64,000 bases of DNA from Macrostomum hystrix (taxonomy: Eukaryota > Animalia > Platyhelminthes): assembly GCA_950097015.1 (NCBI GenBank), contig CATNEN010000039.1, forward strand, positions 16,120,001 to 16,184,000. Direction: 5' to 3'. Position 1 is the first letter of the stretch, and every line of letters begins with the position of its first letter. The position numbers and the translations under genes are program-made. The notes beneath the pieces were generated by a model. It was not told the DNA's origin. It saw only the letters and a list, made by a program, of their open reading frames with translations, and searched no databases. Below, in pieces: positions 33,401-47,320 of this stretch.

Positions 33401-35015
33401 TTATTAGTGAACACAGCTCCCATAGCTCACCTTGGACTCCAGATCGTAGCCAAAAGCCCGATCCTCCGGCTTCTCCTGGCAGGCCTTCAGCACGTCGATG
33501 ATCTTCAGCGGGGCCGGATAGAGGCCGCCGGTCTGCTTCATAACCATGGCCCGGGCCTGCCGTTCAAAGATGAAGTTCCTGCCCCAGGCATAGTTTAGCA
33601 TCAGCGCCGTGGCCCGTTCGGCCAGGGACGGCGATCGCGGAGTAGGCTTCACCTGGCCGCTGGCTAAGCCGGCGGCGGTTTCTATGGCAACCTGTTCCAA
33701 CAGGCGCATTGTGTTAGCCTCTGGGGTGTCCAATCCCGGTCCCAGTGGCTCAACCAGCTGGTTCACCAGGCCGATGCGCTTGGCCTTCTTAGCCTGGACA
33801 CTCTTGCCTTGCAGAATCATCGCCAGGGCGTCAGTGACTGGCACTAGTCGAGGTAGGCGCTGTGTGCCTGCAGGAGTGAAGTTGCGTGAAATCGTGTTTT
33901 CGATACATATCGGAACAAAAATAGTTTTTTCGATTTTCGATACATATCGGCCTAAAAAAGTTGTCGATACATATCGGAAGAAAAAAGTTTTCCGATACAT
34001 TTCGGCATAATTAAAGGCCGCAGTTTTTTTACTGCATTAAGAAATGTAACAAGTATTAAGTTCAGGATGTCAATTTTGATAAATATGAGCGAAAACTAAA
34101 GGCCAAATACCTATACATACTTTCCTTTCACTAACACTTCACTAACAGCTGAAAAATTCATCGATTTTAATTTTATATTGAATATAAAACTTCTACACAC
34201 TTTAGTAACAGCCGAGAAAACTTGGTTTTTCGAAACATATCGGCAAAACTTTAAACAATGTTTTTCTTTATTAAGTTTGATCTTAGCTTCTTTCTCGGCA
34301 GTGTAAACTTCGGCCCTTCGTTTTAACTGAGAGATAGCTTCAACGCAAGCAAGCTTTATAGAACAGGCAAACGGATTTTTTGATACATATAGGCAAAACC
34401 TTAAATTTCAATACATATCGGTCAAACGGCGACTAGTTTACCTCCGGCGCCAGGCAGCAGGCCAAGCATAACCTCCGGCACGCCGAGTACAGTCTTCTTA
34501 TCGTTGACAGCGATGCGATAGTGAGCAGCCAGAGCCACCTCTAGGCCGCCGCCCAGACACTGGCCCATTATGGCAGCCACCACCGGCTTCTTGCAGTCTT
34601 CGAGGGCTTGCAAGTCGGCCTGGCCAGACTTGGACAATTGCGTCACCTCGGCTGCAGATTTGCAAGCGGCCAGCATCTGGATGTCGGCGCCGGCGATGAA
34701 ACAGCCCGGCTTGCCGGAGATCAGCACCAGAGCTTTCACATCGGCGTTGGATTCGGCAGATCTCAGCGCGGACATTAGCTCAGCCTGGGACTCGCGACTC
34801 AGCGTGTTGACCTTGGAGTCGGGCGAATCGAATTTTAAAATCGCCACCCCATTCTTAATGCTACTGCTGACGTGCTTATCCCGAGCGGAAATAGCCGTTG
34901 CCATAGCAACTAGACGATTACTGTTGCCAAGCAGGTGACGCTGTTGAATAACTGCGGCGGCTGTAGATGGTCGCCGACTGCCACCGGCTGCGGCTAGTAG
35001 AGCTGCTCGAAGCAT
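30418..35015 (-). CDS. HADHA: Mitochondrial trifunctional enzyme subunit alpha (enoyl-CoA hydratase / 3-hydroxyacyl-CoA dehydrogenase), ~777 aa, copy 1
   Basis: Exons 35015-34442, 33867-33431, 33131-32874, 32519-31938 and 30900-30418, all GT-AG and phase-consistent. Motifs [59 protein letters not shown] and [10 protein letters not shown]. Arg/Ala-rich targeting peptide. Confidence 0.96.
30949..31879. repeat. 21-bp minisatellite (GGGTTGAGTAGACAGTTCTAY)n in HADHA intron 4, ~44 copies
   Basis: Direct reading. Confidence 0.98.
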
Positions 35016-35646
35016 AGGAACTGGAAAATATGGAATATAATTGCGATTATCAAGAATATCAACTAAAGTTGGACAGCTTTTTAAATATATAGCTTTACTA
35101 ATTTGCCTGTGCAATAGATAGCATAGCTAGGCTTAGTAGAGAGAGAAAATTTCAAACTAAAGAGACTGTTTTCAATGTAAGATAAGAGATCAGAGCTCTT
35201 TCAATTGACAAAAATCTACGTTAAAATTTCGAAGACTAAAACTGTCTTTAGCTAATGAATAATTTATTAATAGTTGATATTTGAGGTCCTGAGTTCGAAT
35301 CGCAACCTATCTTTGATTCCTGCAATAAGCCTGATTTAGGTGTCACTTGTCTACCCTACAAGTAACTGTTAGGCTTGCATTACTAACTCACTAAACAGTT
35401 ACATAACGAAAGATGGGACAGTAACTAGTGGCTGTTTGTATTTTAGACAGATAAAATAAGTTGAGTCTAGCGGGAGCGAGTGTACATTATTTCTGCTTTG
35501 GCTTCGAAAAGGCTAAAGATCGGGTCAAAGTCCATAAAATTAAGATATTACGCTATCGCATGCTAGACTACAACCAACGCTCTTTGACCCATGAGACTCT
35601 GAGCCCTAACAATCTCAGGAATAACAAAACTTGAGACCCTACTTAA

Positions 35647-36035
35647 GGGGCGGATAGCTCAGTCAGTAAGGTGTCGGACTCTCGATCAGATGGTCCTGGG
35701 TTCGACTCCCGACCTAGTCTAGAACTATTCGTGCAGCCTTTGGCAAGCTGCTTTGCCCTGATGTGCACAGTCTACTCAGCTGCAAATGAGTACCGACATT
35801 TCGTCGGGTAATAATAGGTAATAATAGTCGGGCAATAATAGTGAGGCAATTCAGTAAGGTTTGGATGCTGCCGATATGTTTGGAAAAAATAAATTCCATT
35901 GCTGACACGCGGCTGTCAACCGGTGTCCGGGAGAGCCGGGGATTACATTAGGTGTGCAGTCCCCACCTGCTAGTGTGCCTGACACACAACACCTGCACTG
36001 GCCCTTGGGTCTAGTGTCAGTTATTATTATTATTA
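35647..36035 (+). mobile_element. tRNA-derived SINE
   Basis: A box TAGCTCAGTCAG, B box GGTTCGACTCC and (TTA)n tail. Flanking direct repeat AGACCCTACT at 35634-35643 and 36042-36051. Confidence 0.85.
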
Positions 36036-36912
36036 TATATAAGACCCTACTGCTTGGAAAGAAACGGGGTTCTAATGAATCGATGCTAAAAAGTAACGAG
36101 TTTTTTAAACACTAACGATAAGGTAACGGAAATGGAACTAATAGTGAAATAAAAAACACATATAAAAACTTCAAAAGCAAAAAAAGTAACGGAATCTTAG
36201 AACACTAACGCTGAGAAATTAACTAAGGCTTTCCAGGGAATAAAAAAACAGAAAGTCTTTTGGAAAGCAGAATGGACCAACGCGTGAAGCGTTAAATGAA
36301 TTTATTTGTCAACCTATTTGGAATTTATAAAAAAGTTAAAATCAAGAAGTTTAAAATGACGAGTAAAACAACAAAGAAAAACAGCGCGAATTCAATATGT
36401 AACGGTAGCACTCGATTTTTGTTAATATTTGGCCTAGTTTTATTGATGAAAACGACAGGCAGATTGCAAAAGTTAATAGATACTTTGATTTGTTCATCAA
36501 AGCTACCGTCGTTCAAAACAGAAATCAATAAGCAAACAGATTGAGGTCTCGCATAGATAAAAATTCACTGTGTCATGTTCTGTTTTACTAGACACAAAAA
36601 CACATGAAATGAACGATTAACCTGCACTATATGGTTAAGAGATCGAAAGAATTTGAAACTAGAATATGATACTACTATCAAGTTCAATTAGTGACATGTG
36701 ACAACAGTAAATATACATGCAATGAGCTACAAATCAGTGCATATATTGCGTGAAATGATAAAAGTTTAAATATATATGTTTAACAAATAGTTTGATTGAT
36801 TGATTGATTAATTTTATTAGTTGATACATGGATAAAAATCATCAGTTGTGAAAAACTACAATCAATTAAAACAGACTAGTACTTTAACTTGTAAACAATA
36901 GGCAGAAATAAT

Positions 36913-37928
36913 CGTAGGGCTTCTGCAGCGGAACTCGGTGACCATCCCGCCGCACTAAAACGTAGGTGCAGGCGTCGAGGGCCGCCGGCCAAGCGGTGCG
37001 GTGACTGCCGTGATGCGCTGTCGGCGTCGGCCGGAAGGCTTGCACGGCGCTGCGGAGCTGTCCCAGGAACTGGCTGGGCCGGCGGGCTTGCTGGGCTGCA
37101 GGCATTCGCCGGGCACGCAGAGGGGCGCGCCGTAGACCAGCTCGGCCGACGATGCTGGCAGGTCCTCCTTGGGGGCCGTCCGGATGCCGAGCAACACCCA
37201 CGGTAGCTCGCTGACCCAGGCCGGCCCTGCCAGCCTCGCCATGAGGGCGGCCTTCAGCTGCCGGTGGAACCGCTCTACCAGCCCGTTCGCCTGCGGATGG
37301 AAAGCCGTGGTCCGGTGCAGCTGCATGCCGAGGAGCTGGGAGACGTTGGACAACAGCTGTTGTCCACCGGGGCGGCGACGTGGCGGTGCACCTTGGCCGT
37401 CTGGCAGGCGACGCAGGCGCGGGCCCACCTGCTGACGTCCCGGTTCATGCCGACCCACACGAACTTGGCGGCCACGAGGCGCCGCGTGCTGCGAACCGAC
37501 GGGTGCGCGAGGCCGTGGATGGCGTCGAAAACGGCGCGGCGGAAGTCTGGCGGCACCAGCGGCCGCGGCCGGCCGGTCGAGATGTCGCAGAGCAGGGCGA
37601 CACCGGGGCTGAGCTGCAGGGGCTCGAGCTGGAGGCTGGCATCGGCCAGGACGGCCGGGTCCGCTGCCTGCGCTTGCACCATCGCCGCGAAGTCCACGCC
37701 GGGGAGCAGCCGGGGCCGCACCGAGGAGACCGTGCAGCGGGACAGCGGCTGAAGAAAGCGAGCGGCTGCCAGGCGCCTCCGACCCGCTGCTCGAGCGCCG
37801 CGCCGACCGCGGTGTCCGAGGCGTCGACGGTGAGGGCGATGGGCGCGTCCGGCCGCGGGTGCGCCAGCATGGTGGCGGCCGCCAGCGCCCGCTTAGCTCC
37901 GTCGAAAGCGTCGGTCAGCTCGGGCGTC
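36913..37928 (-). mobile_element. Gypsy pol fragment, copy 3, with a further 241-bp deletion in the integrase core
   Basis: Lacks the equivalent of 1580-1820. Junction at 37359/37360 with TG microhomology. Confidence 0.9.
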
Positions 37929-38118
37929 AATGCGCCAATGCGTTCGCGAACAATCACTAGCAGCTGGCGAATCAGGCTGGCATCAAAGACGGCGCCGTCC
38001 TTCAGTGTGACGAACGCGTAGGCGCTTTCGCCCTGCGGTGAATTGGTGTTTAGAAAACTAATGCAATCAGCATATTGTAGAAAGATCCTCAGAGTGGGAT
38101 CTGAAACTTCACAGATCT
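37929..38118 (-). pseudogene. Acetyl-CoA synthetase last-exon remnant, copy 3
   Basis: Matches 62406-62595. Confidence 0.9.
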
Positions 38119-38178
38119 TATTAATAAAATCTGTTTAATAATCAAAATTCATCACTTTAATCAATGCTACTGAAAGTA

Positions 38179-40338
38179 GAATAGGCCTTCCTAGCTTTGA
38201 CGTGGATGTGAGGCGTTCAGTTGACCCTGCGGTAGAGGATAATCCGAAGGCATCGGACCTGCTTCTCCATGGCGATCTCCTTGCCATCGAGGGTGATTGG
38301 CATCGGACCTGCTTCTCCATGGCGATCTCCTTGCCATATAGGTTCCAAAAGAGCTTGCTGGTAAGCATAACCGCTCCGATTATAGACTCCGAGAGCCTCA
38401 GCCCGCTTTGGTCCGCTCAGCGCTCCGATTTGTCGATGAAGCCCCGCAGAATGTTCTGGTGGTGTCCGGCAAATCACGGTCAAATCATCAGCGTAGCCCA
38501 CTTTTTGGAAAGGATCTGGCTGAGCAACGTTGAGCAGCTCTTGACTTACTTGACTTATCTGCAGGGCGGTCCGATGGACACAGCGGGGAGGAGGGGGTCG
38601 CCCATTCCGCTAATCATTGAAAGACCCGCAATCGGCCGATGGCGCGGGGCCAGTCAGGGAGGTCCGTGGCCGGTCCTTCCTGCAGCTTGCTCTTCACTAG
38701 AGAAGAAAGATGCTCGTCTGGTAGCCCTTAGGAACCGGACGAGCCGCGGGATGTTCTCGGATCTGCAAGCGTCGTCGATGGATGGGTTTGGTCCGAGGTC
38801 ATTAAGCCTCTCTCTGGTGAAGAAAGGGCAGTGACAGACGAAGTGCAGGGCATCCTCGTTCTAAAGGTTGCAGAACGGGCACAGCTCACCCCGGAGGTCT
38901 CCTCGGAGGAAACAGTGCCTGGCGTAGCAGCCATGGCCCGTGAGGGTCATGGTGAGGGCCCGGATGTCCTTCTGGGTCTGGTTTAGAAGGACCTTCCGGA
39001 GCCGAGTGGATGGCACTGAGACTGCCGCTTTGGATTGGCGGCAAGTAAGTGCTTCTCCACCGGGTAAGATGGAGGTTGGCGGCCGAGTCATTAGACGATA
39101 GATGACGGTGTTCGGAATTGGAACCGGGGGGAGGGGCCCGGCGCAGAGCTGGCGCCTCCCTGCTTGGCCAGGGAGTCAGCAAGCTCGTTTCCAGGAAAAC
39201 CGGCATGCCCTGGTATCCACTGGAGTCTGACGGTATTCTTACCGGCCAGGTTGTTAAGCTGCCGGACACAGTCAGAGACTGTCCGGGAGGTTGTGGTGGT
39301 GTGACAGAGGGCTTGCAGAGCAGCCTGACTGTCCGAGTGAAAGATGATAAAGATGATGAGATGTTTTTCTCGTTTAACTCCGCAGCGCAGGAGCTGATGG
39401 CCAGGACCTCGTTCTGGAAAACGCTCGAGGAATTTCCAGTGTGTTGGGCGTGTGTGGCGACAACACGTCCGTTGACTAGGATACAGACCCCGAAGCCAGC
39501 GGAGCCATCCTTCATGGATCCGTCCGTGTAGCAGTGGACCTCCTGGGTGTTCCAGTGGTCGCTAGCTTGGTCCCTGGTGGGGATGAGAACCTTAAAGCAC
39601 TGAAGGAGGTTGAGCGTGCGCGGTTCTCCGTCCGTGAGGACATTGATTCCGTTGCTCGCGCCCAAATCTCTCAGGCAAAGGTCCGTGTGCGGCAGGAGCT
39701 TTCGTTTTGCTGCCGCTCGTTGGGGGACGAAGCGCACTCCGGCATCAAGGAGACGCCGGGCGGTTTTTGCCGCCTCACCGCGGATAAAAATATCAAGCTA
39801 AAAATATCAAGCGGGAGGATATTCAGGAAGGCGCTGAGGCCATCGAAGGGGGCGGATGGCGCGGCGCTCATGATCATGCGACAAGCGCGACCTTGCACTC
39901 TCCGAAGAGTCTCAAGGCAGGTCTTTAGCTGCCGTTCACTAGCCCAGATCAGTCTGGCGTACGAAACAGCCGGTCTGACCATAGCAGTGTGGATCCACCA
40001 TAGACGTTTGGGGGTGAGACCCCAAGTGTTGCCACCGCCCTGCGCAGCTGCGCCAGGATCGCAAAGGCCTTTTTGGCTTTAGCGTAGACATGAGGAGTCC
40101 AGCTGAGCCTGTGATCGAGCGTTATGCTCAAGCATTTAGTTTGCTTCTGGAAGGTGATGTCCTTTGTGCAGCGTTGAGCAGCTCATCCATAACGAGGTTC
40201 CACAGAAACGGGGGGGAGGACTCCGCGCTGGGGGGCCCCTTTCCTGACGCAGAGCGTCGGCAGCCGTTCAGGTGGGCCACCCAGGCCTCTCTCCACGGCG
40301 CCGACACGTAGCCCGGCACCACGCAGGCGCGCAGGAGT
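38179..40338 (-). mobile_element. LINE fragments (YADD piece plus RNase H-bearing 3' part), copy 3
   Basis: Same as 2640-4799. Confidence 0.85.
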
Positions 40339-40742
40339 TGACAGAAGAGGTCAAGGAATCATCTTACACGTACTATGTGCATGCATATGGTGTTGTTAGG
40401 TGCTAGGTGGATAGATGCTAGGGAACTAGTTTACTAGGTAGTGTCAACATTTTAGGAAAGTAACCTCCATAAACAAGGCAATTTCGTGGAAAAGCCGGAA
40501 AGAAACACTATTTCTTAATTTTATGTTAAAACTTCTATAACAAATAATTGACCTGTTTGCAAATATGTCATAAAAGTGCACTGTGCAGAATGCGGTTCAT
40601 TGATCGATGTTTTTCTTATGTACCTTATGTACCTTCTGCCCTATGTACGCAGAACAATAATCAACAATAATGAAACAAAAATGAACATTGCCTATGGTCA
40701 TTGGTTTTGGTTTTTTCCAATGTCCTTGGGGGGAGGGGGGAG

Positions 40743-42655
40743 GACACCCAATACTGTTAGACACCCAACACTGTTAGACACCCAATACTGTTAGACACCC
40801 AATACTGTTAGACACCCAACACTGTTAGACACCCAACACTGTTAGACACCCAATGCTGTTAGACACCCAATACTGTTAGACACCCAATACTGTTAGACAC
40901 CCAATACTGTTAGACACCCAATACTGTTAGACACCCAATACTGTTAGACACCCAACACTGTTAGACACCCAATGCTGTTAGACACCCAACACTGTTAGAC
41001 ACCCAATGCTGTTAGACACCCAATACTGTTAGACACCCAATACTGTTAGACACCCAATACTGTTAGACACCCAATACTGTTAGACACCCAATACTGTTAG
41101 ACACCCAACACTGTTAGACACCCAACACTGTTAGACACCCAATGCTGTTAGACACCCAATACTGTTAGACACCCAATACTGTTAGACACCCAATACTGTT
41201 AGACACCCAATACTGTTAGACACCCAATACTGTTAGACACCCAACACTGTTAGACACCCAATGCTGTTAGACACCCAACACTGTTAGACACCCAATGCTG
41301 TTAGACACCCAATACTGTTAGACACCCAATACTGTTAGACACCCAATACTGTTAGACACCCAATACTGTTAGACACCCAATACTGTTAGACACCCAATGC
41401 TGTTAGACACCCAATACTGTTAGACACCCAATACTGTTAGACACCCAATACTGTTAGACACCCAACACTGTTAGACACCCAATGCTGTTAGACACCCAAT
41501 ACTGTTAGACACCCAATACTGTTAGACACCCAATACTGTTAGACACCCAATACTGTTAGACACCCAACACTGTTAGACACCCAATGCTGTTAGACACCCA
41601 ATACTGTTAGACACCCAATACTGTTAGACACCCAATACTGTTAGACACCCAATACTGTTAGACACCCAATACTGTTAGACACCCAATACTGTTAGACACC
41701 CAATACTGTTAGACACCCAATACTGTTAGACACCCAATGCTGTTAGACACCCAATACTGTTAGACACCCAATACTGTTAGACACCCAATACTGTTAGACA
41801 CCCAATACTGTTAGACACCCAATACTGTTAGACACCCAACACTGTTAGACACCCAATGCTGTTAGACACCCAATACTGTTAGACACCCAATACTGTTAGA
41901 CACCCAATACTGTTAGACACCCAATACTGTTAGACACCCAATACTGTTAGACACCCAATACTGTTAGACACCCAATACTGTTAGACACCCAATACTGTTA
42001 GACACCCAATACTGTTAGACACCCAATACTGTTAGACACCCAAGACTGTTAGACACCCAATACTGTTAGACACCCAATACTGTTAGACACCCAATACTGT
42101 TAGACACCCAATACTGTTAGACACCCAATACTGTTAGACACCCAATACTGTTAGACACCCAATACTGTTAGACACCCAATACTGTTAGACACCCAATACT
42201 GTTAGACACCCAATACTGTTAGACACCCAATACTGTTAGACACCCAATACTGTTAGACACCCAATACTGTTAGACACCCAATGCTGTTAGACACCCAATA
42301 CTGTTAGACACCCAATACTGTTAGACACCCAATACTGTTAGACACCCAATACTGTTAGACACCCAATACTGTTAGACACCCAATACTGTTAGACACCCAA
42401 TACTGTTAGACACCCAATACTGTTAGACACCCAATACTGTTAGACACCCAATACTGTTAGACACCCAAGACTGTTAGACAACCAATACTGTTAGACACCC
42501 AATACTGTTAGACACCCAATACTGTTAGACACCCAATACTGTTAGACACCCAATACTGTTAGACACCCAATACTGTTAGACACCCAATACTGTTAGACAC
42601 CCAAGACTGTTAGACACCCAATACTGTTAGACACCCAATACTGTAAGACACCCAA
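40743..42655. repeat. 17-bp minisatellite (GACACCCAATACTGTTA)n, ~112 copies
   Basis: Direct reading. CAACACTG / CAATGCTG variant pairs recur in the first half. Confidence 0.98.
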
Positions 42656-43506
42656 GACTTTTCTTTGTGCCTCTTCAGTCTTGTCAGTGGTTGCTTCCGC
42701 AGCATCGTTTTGCAAAGTGGTGGTAAGAACAGTGTGTAGACAATCCCATGAGCATAACTCATTGTGAGGCCCCACCCAGACACTTCAAAATCCTGTCCCT
42801 CCGCTCTCTATTATTATTCGGGTTGATTGGAACTTGAAAGTGCTTTTTCAATCACGATTCGGAATGTGCGATTCAGGATCTGCGATTTGGGATCTGAGAT
42901 CTGTCGAATGAGATAAAGGATCTTGGATGTAGGATTATCGTATCCCATATTGGATGTATTTTCTGGGATATGGGATCTGTGGCACAGGATGCGGGATCTG
43001 AGGTGCGGAGGAATCTGAGAAAGAACGATTTGATGTGACTGAAGAAAAGTCACTAGCTTTCGTTAACCTGGCTCTGTCTAAAAAGTCGGTCAAATATGGG
43101 CCCATGGGAAGCATTCATTCGATGCTTGCAAAGTGCAATGCTTCTTTGTTAGAGAGAAACTCCAATAAGCTAGAAAGATTTCTAATAGTACAACACAAAA
43201 GTTCATCTCAGAAAAGTCGTGCATGAAAAAAGCAAAGTAGAGCTGAAATTTGACATAGACAAAAGGCGGGCACCCTGTGTCAGCCAGCGCTGCCATAGAC
43301 CGAGCCGGCTCGGACCTGTACTTTCTGCAGCATATTGAAGGGGCAGCGGCCCGAAACGAAGAATCAAATCCAACAACTGACAACACTCGACTAAGCATTC
43401 TGGCCGATTCTACTCAGCCGTTGCAAACCTGATCAGCAATTCAACTGCCACCTGCCAGCTAATCGATCAAATCTAACTGGGCTATTCGGAATCGAAGCTG
43501 GCAATC

Positions 43507-44201
43507 ATGACAACTATGAAGCTGGTTATTGTTGGCGTGTTTCTTGCACTTGGAGGCATCCAGCTGGCTGATTGTATTAAATGTATCTGGTCAAGAAATA
43601 GAAGAGTAACATTTTACGAATATAAGAATGACCATACTGAAACAGATTGTACTCCTGCAAACGTCACCAAGTGTAAAGTGGAATATCATCCAACTCATGG
43701 CGATGTTGAATTTCCTGAAGTGGTGAGCGACCGAATGAATTAAACTACTTTGATTAGCATATCAATTCGAAATCATAAAGCTACAGTTCACCCTATAAAT
43801 TTTACCGTATGCGGAAACTTTTTTAGGCACTGAAATATGGTTGCGGCGCCTGTCCACCTACAAAATATTGCAAAGACTGCACGGGTGATAACTGCAATAA
43901 AGCGAGTGTATTTAACTTGACCAATGATCTAAAACGTGATCTGGTACCATGCTTTTTCAAGTCGGAAGTGTTTGTCCCTGGTCGAGGCGTATTCCCAAGT
44001 CTTCCAGAAGAAGGTTTTTGCCCTCCATCCGAAAGGTGCTTTAAAATGGTTACTAAAAATTCTATACCCGAAGTGCATTTGAAAACCCTCATCGGCTGTG
44101 AAGAAGCGGTTAGACGCACTCACAGAGATTCACAAAATCTTCTAAAGCTTGAAGGCTACGAATGCAAACCAAACCCAGAACAATCTGCTTGCATCCCATA
44201 G
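43507..44201 (+). CDS. Secreted Cys-rich two-domain protein (three-finger/Ly6-uPAR-like), ~196 aa, paralog B
   Basis: Exon 1 43507-43722, GT-AG intron 43723-43826, exon 2 43827-44201. Same Cys framework and near-identical signal peptide as 6641-7371. Confidence 0.8.
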
Positions 44202-44677
44202 AGTCTCCATGCTGATTCTGCGACTATTCTGCAAAATCACTCTTATTGCGCTTGCTGTTTTTTTTCTATGTCAGCTTATTTCACTTGTCTCGCTAGAAAA
44301 TTAATGAGGTCTTGAAAAACTCGCTGCTTATTTAATGTTTAACTTAACAGACTCCTTCAGCTTTGCTACTCTCTAATATTTCTAACACTAACAGATTATT
44401 CAAATGCACAAAGCCAGACACAACAGCTAATCGACGATTTTTTACGCAAACCATCCCGTATTAATTTTGCAGCGCAACTAATGTTTTCTGCATGCGTTTT
44501 AACTTTAATTGAGCTATTTTTTAGTTGCACAGAGTATAACAATAAAATAGAATGAAAAATCATTTTTGGTTTTAGTAAATTTCACTAGAAAGTTTTGCCC
44601 CCCGAAGGGGAGCAGAAATATTTTTAATTCGTCTAGTATATACTTTTTAGCTGCTGTATTTTCAGTTTTTCAAGCTA

Positions 44678-45037
44678 TAATGATCCACCAGTTGACAATG
44701 ATCCCCCAGTTGAAAATGATCCCCAGTTGACCATGAACCCCCAGTTGACAATGATCCCTTAGTTGACAATGATCCCCCAGTTGACAATGATCCCCCAGTT
44801 GACAATGATCCCCCAGTTGACCATGAACCCCCAGTTGACAATGATCCCTTAGTTGACAATGATCCCTTAGTTGACAATGATCCCTTAGTTGACAATGATC
44901 CCCCAGTTGACAATGATCCCCCAGTTGACCATGAACCCCCAGTTGACAATGATCCCCCAGTTGACAATGATCCCCCAGTTGACAACGATCACCCAGTTGA
45001 TGATGACCCCCATTTATGATGATCCCCAGTTGACAAT
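44678..45037. repeat. 18-bp minisatellite (AATGATCCCCCAGTTGAC)n, ~20 copies
   Basis: Direct reading. Confidence 0.95.
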
Positions 45038-45177
45038 GTTCTCTAGCTGCTTTTGAATACAATAAAATTTAATGAATATTAGGCAAAATTACTATCATTC
45101 AAACAAATATCACTATGACGTTATAAGATAACAAAATCAAAATGTAGACAATTCAGATCAATGACAAAAGAAAAATT

Positions 45178-47320
45178 GATTCAAACTCTGGTTAGCAATG
45201 ATTCAAACGCAGGTTTAGCTATGATTCAAACTCTGGTTTAGCCATGATTCAAACGCAGGTTTAGCTATGATTCAAACTCTGGTTTAGCCATGATTCAAAC
45301 GCAGGTTTAGCTATGATTCAAACTCTGGTTTAGCCATGATTGAAACTCTGGTTTTGCTAAGATTTAAACTCTGGTTAGCAATGATTCAAAGTCTGGTTAG
45401 CTATGATTCAAACTCTGGTTTAGCCATGATTCAAACTCTGGTTAGCTATGATTCAAACTCTGGTTAGCAATGATTCAAACTCTGGTTAGCTATGATTCAA
45501 ACTCTGGTTTAGCCATGCTTGAAACTCGGGTTTAGCCATGATTGAAACTCGGGTTTAGCCATGATTGAAACTCGGGTTTAGCCATGATTCAAACTCGGGT
45601 TTAGCCATGATTGAAACTCGGGTTTAGCCATGATTGAAACTCGGGTTTAGCCATGATTGAAACTCGGGTTTAGCCATGATTGAAACTCGGGTTTTGCCAT
45701 GATTCACACTCTGGTTTAGCCATGATTGAAACTCGGGTTTAGCCATGATTCAAACTCGGGTTTAGCCATGATTCAAACTCGGGTTTAGCCATGATTGAAA
45801 CTCAAGTTTAGCCATGATTGAAACTCGGGTTTAGCCATGATTGAAACTCGGGTTTAGCCATGATTGAAACTCGGGTTTTGCCATGATTCACACTCTGGTT
45901 TAGCCATGATTGAAACTCGGGTTTAGCCATGATTCAAACTCGGGTTTAGCCATGATTCAAACTCGGGTTTAGCCATGATTGAAACTCAAGTTTAGCCATG
46001 ATTCAAATTCTGGTTTTGCCATGATTGAAAATTGGGTTTTGCCATGATTGAAACTCGGGTTTTGCCATGATTGAAACTCGGGTTTTGCCATGATTGAAAC
46101 TCGGGTTTAGCCATGATTCAAACTCGGGTTTAGCCATGATTCAAACTCGGGTTTAGCCATGATTCAAACTCTGGTTTAGCCATGATTCAAACTCTGGTTT
46201 TGCCATGATTCAAACTCGGGTTTAGCCATGATTCAAACTCGGGTTTAGCCATGATTCAAACTCGGGTTTTGCCATGATTCAAACTCTGGTTTTGCCATGA
46301 TTCAAACTCGGGTTTTGCCATGATTCAAACTCGGGTTTAGCCATGATTCAAACTCGGGTTTAGCCATGATTCAAACTCGGGTTTTGCCATGATTCAAAAT
46401 CGGGTTTAGCCATGATTCAAACTCTGGTTTTGCCATAATTGAAACTCGGGTTTAGTTATGATTGAAACTCGGGTTTTGCCATGATTCAAACTCGGGTTTT
46501 GCCATGATTCAAACTCGGGTTTAGCCATGATTCAAACTCGGGTTTAGCCATGATTCAAACTCTGGTTTAGCCATGATTCAAACTCTGGTTTAGCCATGAT
46601 TCAAACTTGGGTTTAGCCATGATTCAAACTCGGGTTTTGCCATGATTCAAACTCGGGTTTTGCCATGATTCAAACTCGGGTTTTGCCATGATTCAAACTC
46701 GGGTTTTGCCATGATTCAAACTCGGGTTTTGCCATGATTCAAACTCGGGTTTTGCCATGATTCAAACTCGGGTTTAGCCATGATTCTAACTCGGATTTAG
46801 CCATGATTCAAACTCGGGTTTAGCCATGATTCAAACTCGGGTTTTGCCATGATTCAAACTCGGGTTTAGCCATGATTCAAACTCTGGTTTTGCCATGATT
46901 CAAACTCGGGTTTAGCCATGATTCAAACTCTGGTTTTGCCATGATTCAAACTCGGGTTTAGCCATGATTCAAACTCGGGTTTAGCCATGATTCAAACTCG
47001 GGTTTAATCATGATTGAAACTCGGTTTTAGCCATGATTGAAACTCGGGTTTTGCCATAATTGAAACTCGGGTTTAGTTATGATTGAAACTCGGGTTTTGC
47101 CATGATTGAAACTCGGGTTTTGCCATAATTGAAACTCGGGTTTAGTTATGATTGAAACTCGGGTTTTGCCATGATTCAAACTCCGGTTTAGCCATGATTC
47201 AAACTCGGGTTTTGCCATGATTCAAACTCGGGTTTAGCCATGACTCAAACTCCGGTTTAGCCATGATTCAAACTCCGGTTTAGCCATGATTCTGACTCGG
47301 GTTTAGCCATGATTTAGCCA
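45178..47320. repeat. 23-bp minisatellite (GCCATGATTSAAACTCGGGTTTA)n, ~93 copies
   Basis: Direct reading. Confidence 0.97.

Larger units (their letters stand above)
16502..36035 (+). repeat. Segmental duplication unit, copy 2 (21153-26301 is unique sequence)
   Basis: 16502-21152 matches 1835-6324, 26302-28790 matches 9531-11437, and 28620-36035 matches 54094-61125. Confidence 0.88.

Noticed and set aside
34422-35114. HADHA start at 35114
   Set aside because: Non-ATG start in AT-rich sequence. The ATG at 35015 begins a plausible mitochondrial targeting peptide.
35283-35307. Isolated B-box-like GAGTTCGAATC
   Set aside because: No matching A box or cloverleaf; at most a decayed SINE fragment.
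35647-35718. Functional tRNA gene
   Set aside because: Poor acceptor stem, followed by a ~320 bp body, (TTA)n tail and flanking direct repeat, so it is a SINE head.
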